Below are positions 10,350 to 21,300 of a stretch of DNA of 64,000 bases, in pieces. Origin of the DNA: Gemmatimonadota bacterium (GTDB lineage Bacteria > Gemmatimonadota > Gemmatimonadetes > Palauibacterales > KS3-K002); assembly GCA_020344015.1 (NCBI GenBank), contig CP070812.1, positions 2,385,002 through 2,449,001 on the forward strand, given 5' to 3'. Numbering within the stretch: the first letter of the stretch is position 1; each line of letters starts with the position of its first letter. The translations under genes and the position numbers were made by a program. The notes beneath the pieces were generated by a model. The model saw nothing but the letters and a program-made list of their open reading frames with translations. It was not told where the DNA came from and searched no databases.

Positions 10350-11471
10350 GTGCATTCTATCGTTGGACACCCTAGAGCGCGCCTGCGCCCCACCCTGGCC
10401 CTCGGCGCCGGCATGGCGCTGTTGGCCCTGGCCGCCTGCGAGCTGCCGAAGGCGCCGGAGTGGGACGTCGGGATCGTCGCTCCATTCAGTTCCGATCCCA
10501 TCGGGATCGCCGATTTTCTGCCCGGGGTCGTGCAGATCGACAGCGCGGGCGAGCCGTGGGTCTTCACCATCGACCGTCAGTCAAGCAGTCAAGCCTTCAG
10601 CTACGGCGACCTGTGTTCCCCGTTCTGCGCCGGCCTGATAGGTCTGCCGGTTCCCGGCTTCGCGCATGCGGACAGCTTCGAGGTTGCCTTCTCGGATACG
10701 GATCTCGTCTCGGTTGAGGGCTTGAGCGCGACGATGACTATGCAGTTCACTAACGGCTTGGGTTTCGAGCCGCTCAGGTCGAACGTCGACACGACTGGAT
10801 ACATCGCGATCGCGATACGCGACCTGGGTACCGGGGCCACGCTGGATAGTCTCTTCCTCAGCGCAGACTCGAAGTCGCTCGGGTCCCAGTCCGACACCGT
10901 GTTCTCGTTCAGCGCCGCCCATGTGACTGACGGCGTGAAGATCCTCTTCTGGGTCGTTTCGCCGTATGACGGCCAGACGATCTCGGTCGACACGGCGACT
11001 GCAAACGTTACCCTCAGCGCCGCCCTTGACGGAATCGAGGTCGCCGCCGCCACGGTCATCGTAGACAACATGTCGATGGACACGAGTTTCGTGGCCGACA
11101 TCGACCAGAACACTCGGGACCAGATCATGAATCGCGTGATCAGCGGGGCGTACGAGCTCATGCTGGTACACAACCTTGAGTTGGAGGGCAGCCTGGCGAT
11201 TTCGATCGCCGGATCGCAGGCCGATCTCTTCTCGGGGGACCCGCTGGCCGAGGTGCGGCTCATCGACCTCGTCTTCACTTCGGATTTGGAGCAGCCCGGT
11301 GTTCTGACGGCGCAAGAGCTCGAGCTCATCGCCGGCTTCCCGGACATCTACATCGGATACAGCGGAGTCGCCTCGGGCAGCGGGCCGGGCAACCAGAGTC
11401 GCTTCGCGCCCGACCAGACTCTAGAGGCGCAGCTCAAGGTCACCGCTCAAATCAGAATCGGCGAGCAGTAG
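10350..11471 (+). CDS. Hypothetical lipoprotein (signal peptide with lipobox LALAAC)
   Basis: N-terminus MALLALAAC, 373 aa Ser/Thr/Asp-rich mature part with no recognisable catalytic motif. 4 nt before the downstream barrel gene. Confidence 0.5.
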   Translation: MHSIVGHPRARLRPTLALGAGMALLALAACELPKAPEWDVGIVAPFSSDPIGIADFLPGVVQIDSAGEPWVFTIDRQSSSQAFSYGDLCSPFCAGLIGLPVPGFAHADSFEVAFSDTDLVSVEGLSATMTMQFTNGLGFEPLRSNVDTTGYIAIAIRDLGTGATLDSLFLSADSKSLGSQSDTVFSFSAAHVTDGVKILFWVVSPYDGQTISVDTATANVTLSAALDGIEVAAATVIVDNMSMDTSFVADIDQNTRDQIMNRVISGAYELMLVHNLELEGSLAISIAGSQADLFSGDPLAEVRLIDLVFTSDLEQPGVLTAQELELIAGFPDIYIGYSGVASGSGPGNQSRFAPDQTLEAQLKVTAQIRIGEQ

Positions 11472-11475
11472 GAGG

Positions 11476-12792
11476 ATGATCATGAAAAGCAATCGGATTG
11501 CAACGATCGCTCTCGCGCTGCTGCTCGTCTGTGTCTGTGAGGCAGGCGCCCAGCTGGCGACGCCCAGCGCCCGCAGCTTCGCTCTGGCGAACTCGTTCAT
11601 GGCGCGGGCCCGCGGGTACGAGTCACCGTTCTGGAACCCGGCCAACCTGGGCTTGCCAGACCGGCCGGGCTGGTCGCTGGGGCTGGTGGGCGCGAGCGCT
11701 TACCTGAACAACAACTCGCTGAGTTACGGTCAGATCTCCGACCTCTACGGCGAGTACATCGACAACGAAACCAAGTCGGAGCTACTCGCCTCGATCCGTG
11801 AGGACGACCCGAACAAGATGATGACGCTCAGCGTCGATGCTAATGCCAGCGTACTGGGCTTCTCGATCTGGCGCTTCGCATTCGGCGCCGGCAGCATTGG
11901 AGCCGGGAACCTGGAAGTGTCGCCGGACGCGGCCGAGCTGGTCCTCTTCGGCAACGTCGGCGAAGACGGTACCGGCAAGGACTTCGTTCTGGAAGGCTCA
12001 CATGGTCAGGGCTGGGCGATCAGCGGCGGCTATGTGTCGTACGCCCACCCCTTCACGATACCGGCGCTCGATTATCTCGGTCTGAAGTTCTCGATCGGCG
12101 CCACCGTCAAGTACGGCGTTGCACACGGGCTGGTCCACCTGAAGGACACCGGCACGAGCATCATCAACGACCCGCTCATGGTCAACGTCGACGCCGAAGT
12201 ACTGAAGTCGACCGATGCCGATGCCGGTAGGCTCTGGGCGGCCGACCTCGGGTTGGCGGTGGATTGGGACGGTTTGCTGGTCGCCGGCATCTCGCTGACC
12301 AACGCTTTCTCGAGCATCAGCTGGGAAGAGCAGGATTTCGAGCTCCTGCAGGTCGTGGCGCTTGCCGACTTCGACAGCACGACCTCGAGCGATACGACGC
12401 TCGCGTTCAGCGAGCTGCCGGCCGAGAAACAGGATGAGATTGTCGCGTTTCTTGAAGAGAGGACCGTGCCCAAGAAGTTGCGGCTCGGCTTGGTCTTCGA
12501 GGCCATACCCGCACTCACCGTGTCCGCCGACTACGTCGAGCATATCGGCGGCACGCTGCGCTCTCGCTGGGAGCGCTCGCTGTCGGCCGGCGGCGAGCTA
12601 CGGCTGCTGGGCGCGATACCGCTACGCGTCGGTCTGGCCACCGATTTCTCGCACTTCGCCTATACCGGCGGCCTCGGGATCTATACGGGTCCCGTCCACC
12701 TCGACATGTCGATCGGACGCTGGGGCGTTGTGGGCGGTGACGGTCTGGTCGCTGCCGTCTCCTTCAGCATCTGGCCAAGCACGGGCTACTAG
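11476..12792 (+). CDS. Putative outer-membrane beta-barrel protein (FadL/TodX/PorV-like)
   Basis: Signal peptide MKSNRIATIALALLLVCVCEAGAQ, NPA motif near the N-terminus (FWNPANLG) as in FadL-like channels, alternating amphipathic strands, C-terminal aromatic (…SIWPSTGY). Confidence 0.5.
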   Translation: MIMKSNRIATIALALLLVCVCEAGAQLATPSARSFALANSFMARARGYESPFWNPANLGLPDRPGWSLGLVGASAYLNNNSLSYGQISDLYGEYIDNETKSELLASIREDDPNKMMTLSVDANASVLGFSIWRFAFGAGSIGAGNLEVSPDAAELVLFGNVGEDGTGKDFVLEGSHGQGWAISGGYVSYAHPFTIPALDYLGLKFSIGATVKYGVAHGLVHLKDTGTSIINDPLMVNVDAEVLKSTDADAGRLWAADLGLAVDWDGLLVAGISLTNAFSSISWEEQDFELLQVVALADFDSTTSSDTTLAFSELPAEKQDEIVAFLEERTVPKKLRLGLVFEAIPALTVSADYVEHIGGTLRSRWERSLSAGGELRLLGAIPLRVGLATDFSHFAYTGGLGIYTGPVHLDMSIGRWGVVGGDGLVAAVSFSIWPSTGY

Positions 12793-12817
12793 AACCCCCT
12801 GCCACCTCGTAAAGGAG

Positions 12818-12850
12818 GGCCTGCGGCGCTTGCGCGCCGCAGGCCTTTCC
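12818..12850. terminator. Bidirectional intrinsic terminator between convergent barrel gene and DUF72 gene
   Basis: Perfect 12-bp stem ggcctgcggcgc-ttgc-gcgccgcaggcc followed by tttcc on plus. Lies between stop 12792 (+) and stop 12851 (-). Confidence 0.6.
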
Positions 12851-13741
12851 TCACAGTAGCCGGGCCTGCGGCCCGGAATCGGGCTCGGCTAGCCCGGACA
12901 GTGCTTCCGAGTAGGCGTCGACAAGAGTCTCGGGCGCACGCTGCTTCTTTCCCCGAAACATACCCGCCAGCATGATGGCGTTGGCCGGCGCCTGGCCGCG
13001 GTAGTGGTTGTTGGTGACCACGTAGACATCCTCGACCATGCCGCCCTCGGCGAGCTCGCGAATGCGTTCGACCCACGGTTCCAACTCGGCTCGGTCGTAC
13101 AGGTAGTCGTAGCGTGCGTCGCGGCCCGCGCCCTCGCGGAACCAGTCGTCGTAGTTGCGGCCGTGCAGGCGAACGTACCCGACGCGTCCGCTCGCCTCTG
13201 CGGAGGGCCCGATCGAGCGGTGGAAGAGCGGCTGGTCGATGTTGACGAATCCGACGCCGCGCTCACCCAACCAGCGATAGAAGGCGGGTTTGTTCCACGA
13301 CGCATGACGCACCTCGACCACGCACGGGTAATCGGAGAAGGTCGACGTGACATCGTCTAGCCAATCCAGGGTCTCTTCCCCGGCCTTGAAGGACCAGGGG
13401 AACTGGATGAGCAGGCCGCCCAGACACCCGCGATCGGCGAGCGGATCGAGGCCGGCGCGTACGGCGGCGACTTCCTGCGGCGTCCAAGCCGAGTCGCGCT
13501 CGTGTGTGAAGCGCTGCCAGAGCTTCGCCGTGAACTTGAAGTCGGGGTTCTCGGCGACGCGTCGGGCCCAGCGCGGCGTGACGTCGGGCCGTGGTGGGCG
13601 GTAGAAGGTGGAATTGACTTCGATAGTGTCGAAGTAGCGAGCCAGGAAAGTGAGTGGATCGAAGCCCCTGGGCGGCTCCTCAGGGTAGACGACACCCTGC
13701 CAGTCCTCATAACTCCAACCTGCGGGTCCGAATCGGATCAC
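12851..13741 (-). CDS. DUF72 (UPF0759) family protein
   Basis: MIRFGPAGWSYEDWQGVVYP...FDTIEVNSTFYR matches the DUF72 N-terminal signature. Confidence 0.85.
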   Translation of the reverse strand: MIRFGPAGWSYEDWQGVVYPEEPPRGFDPLTFLARYFDTIEVNSTFYRPPRPDVTPRWARRVAENPDFKFTAKLWQRFTHERDSAWTPQEVAAVRAGLDPLADRGCLGGLLIQFPWSFKAGEETLDWLDDVTSTFSDYPCVVEVRHASWNKPAFYRWLGERGVGFVNIDQPLFHRSIGPSAEASGRVGYVRLHGRNYDDWFREGAGRDARYDYLYDRAELEPWVERIRELAEGGMVEDVYVVTNNHYRGQAPANAIMLAGMFRGKKQRAPETLVDAYSEALSGLAEPDSGPQARLL

Positions 13742-15213
13742 TGCTCACCCTCGACGATGCGACGCCGTCCCTCGGGATCCCAGGTGGGACGGTCGTCGGC
13801 GTTCGCGATCGCCAGCGCCACCTCGTAGACCAACCTGGCGATGCGCGAGGCTTTCTCGAACTTGATCTTATCCACTTCGTCCGACGGTCGGTGATAGTCA
13901 GCGTGTACACCGTTGAAGAAGAAGACCGCCGGGATGCCCTTGCGGGCGAAATTGAAATGATCGGAACGGAAAAAGAATCCGTCGGCCGGCCACTGGTCGT
14001 CGACCGTCGTCAAGCCCAACTCGGGGTGCGCCATCGCCACGCTATCGACCAGCGCACCCAGCGACGAATACGGCTTACCGACTACCGCGATCGTATCCTC
14101 CCAGTTCCGACCGATCATGTCGATGTTCACGTTCGCCACGATCCGTTCCAGTGGGATGGGAGGATGCTCGACGAACCAAGCCGAGCCCAACAGCCCCCGT
14201 TCCTCCCCGCTGACGGCGAGGAACGCGACCGAGCGCCTCGGCCCCTCGTCTTTCAGTTCCGCCATCGCCTCGGCGACTTCTAGGATCGCGGCCGTACCGG
14301 ACGCATTGTCGTCGGCACCGTTATAGATCGAGTCGCCATCGACCGCGAAGCCCACGCCGAGCCCGTCCATATGTGCGCTCACCAGCACGTACTCGTTGCG
14401 GAGCCGGCGATCCCTGCCGCGGATGATCCCCAACACGTTGGGTGCCGAGAGCGTCTCGACCGTAAGATCCGCCGCCAGGCTCAACTGCCCACCGGGTGCC
14501 AGACCGTCATCCTGCGCCTCCGGCGGCGCATCCAGGCCGAGCTCCTCCATCGCAGCGGTCAGCGCCTCCTCCGAGACCATCGCAGCGGGCACACTCACTT
14601 CGATATCGCCCAGCTCGTACATGGCCTCCCCTTCGCTCAGCCAGTGCCGGACCTGTGGCTCCAGTCCTTCAGACGGTGTCACCAGCAGGAGGCCGACCGC
14701 GCCGGCGGCGCTCGCCGCCCGCTGCCAGTCACGCGGCATCGTGCTAGGGCTCAAACGGGCGACCCAGATCGTCGGCTCGTCGTCCTCGGCCGGCCCCCCG
14801 GGGCTGGCGCTTCCGACGAAGCGCAGTCTTCCCTCCACCGAGCCCGCCGTCCAGGGCAGTCCCCAGAAGTCGGTCCGATTACGCAGTGTCGCTCGGCGAC
14901 TGCCACGCCGCAGCGCCAACGACCAGCCGTCGCCCATGTCGCTCATGACCAGCTGATAGCGCTGGGTATAGCCGCTCTTCGAGGGGTTGAGGCCCATGCG
15001 GCGGAACTCGGACTCTATGTAGGCGGCCGCGATGTCCAGACCTTCGCTGGGCGTGCCGCGTCCCCGCAGCCGGTCGGCGGCGAGGAACGAGATCCTGGCT
15101 CGCATGTCCTCCCGCGTGATGTCGCGGTCCGCCGCCGGAGTGCCCGGTGCGCCGCGGCAGCCCAGACCCAACGTCGCCGCCAGGATCGCACAAGCCATAA
15201 CTCTACGCCTCAT
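13738..15213 (-). CDS. M28 family zinc peptidase (aminopeptidase) with PA domain, secreted
   Basis: Signal peptide MRRRVMACAILAATLG (start 15213 preceded by GGGAGG), HMDGLGVG and ADDNASGTAAILE zinc-ligand motifs. The ORF opens upstream at 15315, but the signal-peptide start is favoured. Confidence 0.85.
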   Translation of the reverse strand: MRRRVMACAILAATLGLGCRGAPGTPAADRDITREDMRARISFLAADRLRGRGTPSEGLDIAAAYIESEFRRMGLNPSKSGYTQRYQLVMSDMGDGWSLALRRGSRRATLRNRTDFWGLPWTAGSVEGRLRFVGSASPGGPAEDDEPTIWVARLSPSTMPRDWQRAASAAGAVGLLLVTPSEGLEPQVRHWLSEGEAMYELGDIEVSVPAAMVSEEALTAAMEELGLDAPPEAQDDGLAPGGQLSLAADLTVETLSAPNVLGIIRGRDRRLRNEYVLVSAHMDGLGVGFAVDGDSIYNGADDNASGTAAILEVAEAMAELKDEGPRRSVAFLAVSGEERGLLGSAWFVEHPPIPLERIVANVNIDMIGRNWEDTIAVVGKPYSSLGALVDSVAMAHPELGLTTVDDQWPADGFFFRSDHFNFARKGIPAVFFFNGVHADYHRPSDEVDKIKFEKASRIARLVYEVALAIANADDRPTWDPEGRRRIVEGEQ

Positions 15214-15469
15214 GCCACCTCCCAAGATGATGTTCGCAACATTCAATATCCGACACTCGCTAGCCGTGTGTCCAGCGAGAATCTCAACGATCGACCCGCG
15301 AACCCCAACAATCAAGTACCGCCATACTACATCGCTGGATGCGCTGACCGTCGACGATCGCTACTTGATCCTTGAAAGCCTAGACCCAGCTGATCATCGG
15401 TTGTCGAATGTCCAATATTGGATATTGAGGCGTCAACCCGATTATGTTTGTTCGCAGCGTGGGTTGACT

Positions 15470-16384
15470 ATGATCGATGACAAGAGGAACAGGGCCCATC
15501 TGCTCGACCCGGCGGAGCTCGATGCGCTGGGTGGCCTCGAGCTCGTGGCGCGGGCTGTGGTGACGGGCTTCATCGCGGGCCTGCACAGCTCACCCAGCCG
15601 TGGCTTCTCCGTAGAGTTCGCCGAGCACCGTGCCTACCGGCCCGGCGACGACCTGCGTTTCGTCGACTGGAAGATGTACGGCCGCTCGGACCGTTTTTTT
15701 CTCAAGCAGTACGAGGAGGAAACCAACCTGTCGGCGTACGTATGCCTTGACGTGAGCAGCTCGATGGACTGGCGGAGCCGCGAAGCCGGGCTGCTGACAA
15801 AGCTCGATTATGCGAAGCGCCTGGCGGCCAGCCTCACGTTGTTACTGATACGGCAGGGTGATCTGGCCGGTGTCATATGCTTCGCCGAGCGTGTGCTTGG
15901 CCGCTCGCCGGCCCGCGGCACGCTAGCTCATTGGACGGAGCTGGTGCGCCAGCTCGCCTATCAGTCGTCGGGCGGACGAACGGCGGCAGAGGGCGCACTT
16001 GAGGAGGTCGCTGCACGCGGCCATCGACGCGGGCTGGTTATCCTCGTGTCGGACTTGCTGGTCGACGAAGCAGCGACACGCCGGACTTTGAAGAAGCTCA
16101 GACACCAGGGTAGTGAGGTGCTGGTTTTTCACATCCTCGATCCGGGCGAGCTGGAGTTGCCGAGCGTCGGCGACGCGGTGTTCGTCGATCCGGAAACCGG
16201 TGATGAGGTCGCCGTTCGCTCGGCAGAGCTGCGGGGCGATTACCGCGAGGCGGTAACGAGCGCCATCGACGAGTGGCGGCGCGTCTGCGGGTCTCAGCGG
16301 ATCGACTATCACCCGATTCCCACCGACCAGCCGCTGGCGCTCTGCCTTAGCGAGTACCTACACACACGCTCGCGTCTAGGGTGA
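15470..16384 (+). CDS. DUF58 domain protein (vWA-like, MoxR-associated family)
   Basis: FAEHRAYRPGDDLRFVDWKMYGRSDRFFLKQYEEE matches the DUF58 signature, followed by a vWA-like region (VCLDVSSSM). ATG 15470. The longer ORF from 15032 is antisense to the M28 gene. Confidence 0.85.
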   Translation: MIDDKRNRAHLLDPAELDALGGLELVARAVVTGFIAGLHSSPSRGFSVEFAEHRAYRPGDDLRFVDWKMYGRSDRFFLKQYEEETNLSAYVCLDVSSSMDWRSREAGLLTKLDYAKRLAASLTLLLIRQGDLAGVICFAERVLGRSPARGTLAHWTELVRQLAYQSSGGRTAAEGALEEVAARGHRRGLVILVSDLLVDEAATRRTLKKLRHQGSEVLVFHILDPGELELPSVGDAVFVDPETGDEVAVRSAELRGDYREAVTSAIDEWRRVCGSQRIDYHPIPTDQPLALCLSEYLHTRSRLG

Positions 16385-18324
16385 TCGGCTTCCTCTACCC
16401 CGTCCTCGGCCTGGCGGCTCTCGCAGCCGCGATACCGATAATTTTGCACCTCATGCGCCGGCGCGAGGTCCGACGCCTGACGTTCCCCGCCATCCGTTAC
16501 ATCCGGCAGGCCGAGCAGCGTCAGGCGCAACGGCTACGGCTGCGGCACTTGGCGCTCCTGGCGATGCGCGTGCTCCTCGTACTGCTGCTCGCCGCCGCTG
16601 CGGCAGGCCCGCTGGTCGGCCGCGGCGGCCCGTCGGATCACCGACCGACAGCCCTCGCCATCGTGATCGACCCATCGCTGAGTTCGACGAGGATCATGGG
16701 CGAACGTCGCATCCTCGACCTGCAACTCCAGAACGCCGGAGTCAGCGTCGATCTAGCGACCTCGAGCGACCGGATCGCCGTCTTCAGCGCCACGCGTGCC
16801 GAGGCGGGCGCCGTGGCTCTCGAGGGTAGTGGCGCGCACGAGTACCTGGGCAGCGTACGTCCTACCGCGGAGGTCGCCGATCTGCCGGGGGCGATCGCTC
16901 AGGCGGAAATCTGGCTCGAGACCAGCGACGACCACGAGCGCGAGCTACACCTCTTCACCGACTTGCAGAGCGTCTCGCTCGAGGGGCAGGCGACGACAGA
17001 GCAGCAGGAACAGGCCGGCGATGGCATTTCGGTGATCGTGCAGGCGCCCGAGTTGCCGCTTCAGGCCAACGGGACACCCGGCGTTCCGAGGCCGGAGATC
17101 GTACCGCTAACCGCAGGCCGACAGACACGAGTCTCCGTCTCGCTGAATTGGTACGGCCCCGATGTACCCCCGGCACCGGTTATACTCAGGCTTGTCGCAG
17201 GGGAAAACGTTGTCTCGGCCACCGAGGCACGATTCGGCGAGGACGCCCTGCTGGTACTGCCGCCGCAGGACAGCGGCTGGGCTCAGGGCCATGTCGAGAT
17301 CGATCATCACGGCTTGGCGGCGGACGACCGACGTTACTTCACCTGGCTCGTTCGGCCACCCTCCACGGTAGCGGTACTGGGCGATCCGGGACGATTCGTC
17401 CCCCACGCATTGGAGGCTTTGGAGGGCGGTGGGCGCCTGCGAAACGGCGAACCGAATACGTCCGAGGTCTGGCTGGCAGCAGGCGGAGAACGGATCGCCG
17501 ACGGGCTCGCCGCCGGCCGCGCGACGATTGTCTTGGCGCCAGCCAGCCCGCTCGAATTACCGCGCCTCAACCTTCGGCTGGAGCAGGCCCGGATACCATG
17601 GCGATACGAGACCGATGAGCGGCCCGGCTCCCGCAGGATCGGCGCCGGCCCACCGGTGGAGGGTATGACCGGCGTGACCGTCCGGCAGGCCTACCGCCTG
17701 ATGCTCCGTGGGACGGTGGCACGTGACACCGTGCTGCTCAGGCTCGACGACGGTTCGCCCTGGCTGGTGCGCGGCACGACGAGTGACGGTGCCATCTACC
17801 TGCTCCTCGGCTCGTCGATGACGCCGGAGGCCTCCGACCTGCCGATGAGTGCGGCGATGATCCCGTTCCTGGACGCCTTGATAGGCAGCTGGGCACGGCC
17901 CGCGGCCGCCGAGGCCACCGTTCTGGAAGGCGAGGCCCTGCTCCGACTACCCGATCGTGCCCGAACGGCGCGGCTGCCCGACGGTTCCGAGGTGCCGTTG
18001 GAGGGTGGAGCGCCGTTCAAGGCCGCGGAGCCGGGGAATTATGCGGTCTTCGACGGAGAGGGCCTGGTCCTGGCCCTCTCCGTCAATGCGCCACTCCGCG
18101 AGGCGGACCTGGCAACCGCGAGACAGGAGGAACTGGAAGCGGTCCTACCAGCAGCGAGCTGGTCGTGGATCAGGGGAACGGGCCCGGCCGATTGGCGAGG
18201 TAGCATCTACAAGGCGCGGCGCGGCAAACTCGCCCGGCGACCCCTTGTTGTGCTGCTGATACTCATTTCTATTGTCGAGGCGGCCCTGGCGGCCGCCGGT
18301 CGCCGTGCAGGTCGGGCCGGCTGA
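16381..18324 (+). CDS. BatA/aerotolerance-regulator N-terminal domain membrane protein (large, C-terminal part uncharacterised)
   Basis: N-terminus MIGFLYPVLGLAALAAAIPIILHLMRRR plus a second TM helix matches the BatA N-terminal double-TM domain. 4 nt overlap with the DUF58 gene. 647 aa. Confidence 0.65.
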   Translation: MIGFLYPVLGLAALAAAIPIILHLMRRREVRRLTFPAIRYIRQAEQRQAQRLRLRHLALLAMRVLLVLLLAAAAAGPLVGRGGPSDHRPTALAIVIDPSLSSTRIMGERRILDLQLQNAGVSVDLATSSDRIAVFSATRAEAGAVALEGSGAHEYLGSVRPTAEVADLPGAIAQAEIWLETSDDHERELHLFTDLQSVSLEGQATTEQQEQAGDGISVIVQAPELPLQANGTPGVPRPEIVPLTAGRQTRVSVSLNWYGPDVPPAPVILRLVAGENVVSATEARFGEDALLVLPPQDSGWAQGHVEIDHHGLAADDRRYFTWLVRPPSTVAVLGDPGRFVPHALEALEGGGRLRNGEPNTSEVWLAAGGERIADGLAAGRATIVLAPASPLELPRLNLRLEQARIPWRYETDERPGSRRIGAGPPVEGMTGVTVRQAYRLMLRGTVARDTVLLRLDDGSPWLVRGTTSDGAIYLLLGSSMTPEASDLPMSAAMIPFLDALIGSWARPAAAEATVLEGEALLRLPDRARTARLPDGSEVPLEGGAPFKAAEPGNYAVFDGEGLVLALSVNAPLREADLATARQEELEAVLPAASWSWIRGTGPADWRGSIYKARRGKLARRPLVVLLILISIVEAALAAAGRRAGRAG

Positions 18325-18327
18325 TAT

Positions 18328-21300
18328 GTGAACCGGAAGAACCAGAAGGCAGCTCGAGATTTCGTGATCATAGATAGCCTCCGCAGCACGCCGGAATTCA
18401 AGCGGTTGACAGACCGGATGCCGGCTCCGGGAGAAGAGCGGGCCCTCGGCGGGCTGGGCGGTTCCGCACCCGCGGTCCTGGCCGCCGCCCTGGTGGAGTC
18501 GGGCGCGGCGCGCAGCCTTCTACTGGTGGCGCCCACGGCATCGGATGCGGAGGAGATCGAGACCGATCTTGAGGCCTTGATTCCCGGTCAGCCCCGCGTG
18601 TTCCCGCAACGCGAGTCGGTTCACCCGGACCTCACCGACCCCCACATCGAAATCTCTGCCCGTCGGGTCGACTCGTTGCAAGCGGTTATCACGGGCCGTG
18701 CACGCATACTGGTCACGACCGCCAGGGCGTTGGCCGAGCGGTTCCCCATCCCGGCTAGCTGGAGCGATCTCGAGCTCCATCTGCAGAAAGAAGGGGAGAT
18801 CGATCGTGATTCGCTGGTCGGTGACCTCGAGAAGGCCGGCTACCGAAAGGTCCCAATGGTCGAGGCCGTCGGCGAATATTCGGTCCGTGGCGGAATCGTT
18901 GACGTCTACCCGATCACGACGCTCGACCCGATTCGCCTCGAGTTCTGGGGCGACACGATAGAATCGATACGCTCGTTCGACATCCTCGATCAGCGGTCGA
19001 TCTCGGACCTCGGTTCGGCGCGCCTGCTGCCCGTAAGCTTCCCGATCCGCGACGACCACCCGCAGGAGAAGGAGAGCGTCTCCGCCACCACCGGCAGTCT
19101 GCTGGAGCTGCTTCCAGAGTCGACCTCGATCCTGCGTATCGATGCGGAAGCGGAAAAAGGCGAGCGGCAGAAGAGCTGGGACGAGTTGCGACGGCGTAGT
19201 GAGACGCCCGAGCGCTACCAGGATCCGCCTGCTGCAGTGCACTCGCGGTTCGGCCGCTTCGGTCAGCTGCACGTCGTCGATTCGCCCGACGGAGCCGATC
19301 TCGACTTCGGGATCCAAGCCGCCCCGGTCATCGATCGTCACATCGATCGCCTGGTCGCCTCCCTCCACGAGGCCCTCAAGGCAGAGGCCCGAGTGCTGAT
19401 CCTCTGCGACAACGAAGGACAGCTAGAGCGGCTGGAGGAGATACTCGAGGACACTGCAGGCGCCTCGACGCTCCGCAGAATAACCCTTGGCCTCGGCCCG
19501 CTGGCCGGCGGCTTCGTCATCGCGAGTGCCGAGCCGCCGCTGTGGACGTTCACCGACCACGAGATCTTTAGACGGCAGCGCCGCCCGCGCCGCCGCCCAC
19601 AGGCCGCCAGCCGCGCCGCCCTAGACACGCTGTCCGCCCTGTCGGCCGGCGACTACGTCGTGCATCTGGACCACGGGATCGGGCGCTACCGCGGACTCGA
19701 ACGAGTAGAGATCGGCGGCGAAGAGCTGGAGACTCTGGTCGTCGAGTACGCGGGGGGCGACATCCTGCGCGTGCCTCACTACCGGGCCGAATTGGTCGAA
19801 CGCTGGATTTCCGATGACCGGGACGACGGTGGGGCGACCCCGAAGCTCCATCGCCTCGGCAGCAAGAGCTGGGGTAAGCTCAAGAAGCGGGCTCGCGACG
19901 CGATCCAGACCATGGCGGCCGAGCTCCTGGAGTTGTACGCCGCGCGCCGCGTCGCCGAAGCCCACACCTTCGGTTCCGACACGCGCTGGCAGCGCGAGAT
20001 GGAGTCCGCCTTCATCTACGAAGAGACCCCGGACCAGGAACGCGTCGCCGACCAGGTCAAGCTGGCAATGCAGCAGTCACGCCCGATGGACCTGCTTATA
20101 TGTGGCGACGTCGGCTACGGTAAGACCGAGATTGCCATCCGCGCCGCCTTCAAGGCCGTTCAGGACGGAGTTCAGGTCGGGGTCCTCGCCCCCACTACCG
20201 TACTCGTCGAGCAGCACCTGCAGACCTTCCGAGCACGGCTCGCCGACTATCCGGTCCTGGTCGAGTCGCTATCGCGCTTCCGGACCGCCAGAGAACAGGA
20301 GAACATCGTTCGCCGCCTGGCGGAAGGTGCCATCGACGTCGTCATCGGGACACACCGGCTCATCTCACCCGACGTCAGATTCAAGAATCTGGGACTACTG
20401 GTCGTCGACGAGGAACAGCAGTTCGGAGTGACCCAGAAGGAGCGGCTGAAGGCGCTCAAGCGGGACGTCCACGTGATGACGATGACAGCCACACCGATCC
20501 CGCGCACGCTCCACTTGTCGCTTAGCGGACTGCGTGACCTGGCCGTGATTCGCACGCCACCTCGCAATCGTCGTCCGATCATCACTCACATGATGACCTG
20601 GGATGATCAGACGATCGAGGACGCCATCCGGCTCGAGGTCGACCGTGGTGGCCAGGTCTTCTTCGTCCACAATCGGGTCGAGTCGATCGATGAAGTCGCC
20701 GCTCGGGTCCGCCGCCTGTTGCCCGACCTGCGGGTCGAGGTCGCTCACGGTCAGATGTCGGAGCGCAAGCTCGAGAAGGTGATGACCGAGTTCGTGCGCC
20801 GCGAGATCCAGGTGCTCGTCGCCACCGCCATTATCGAGAACGGCCTCGATGTGCCTAACGCCAACACCATGATCGTCCACCGAGCCGATTACTTCGGGTT
20901 GGCACAGCTCTACCAGCTCCGCGGTCGCGTCGGCCGATCGCACCAACGGGCCTTCTGCTACTTGATCGTGCCCCCGAATCTGCCGCACGAGACCGAGCGG
21001 CGGCTGAACCTGCTCGAGCAACACACCGAGCTCGGCGCCGGCTACCGGCTCGCTCTCAAGGATCTCGAGTTGCGTGGCGCCGGCAACCTGCTGGGCACCG
21101 AACAATCGGGTTTCGCCCACGCGGTGGGGTTCGACACGTATCTCCGCCTCCTTGAGGACACCGTGGCGGCACTGCGGAGCGGGGAAGATTCAGCGGAGGC
21201 CCGTCCAAAGGTGCCGGAGGTCTCGATCACCGGGTCAACGTATATTCCCGAAAGCTTCATCCCGGACGAGCGGCAGAAGCTGGACCTGTACCGCCGGCTC

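Noticed and set aside
10581-11347. 244/248 aa minus-strand ORFs
   Set aside because: They are antisense to the signal-peptide-bearing lipoprotein gene and have no domain signal; they are GC-rich frame artefacts.
14371-15375. 334 aa plus-strand ORF and the 15032-start extension of the DUF58 ORF
   Set aside because: They are antisense to the M28 peptidase gene. The DUF58 signature begins only after ATG 15470, and the upstream part has no similarity and overlaps a well-supported gene.
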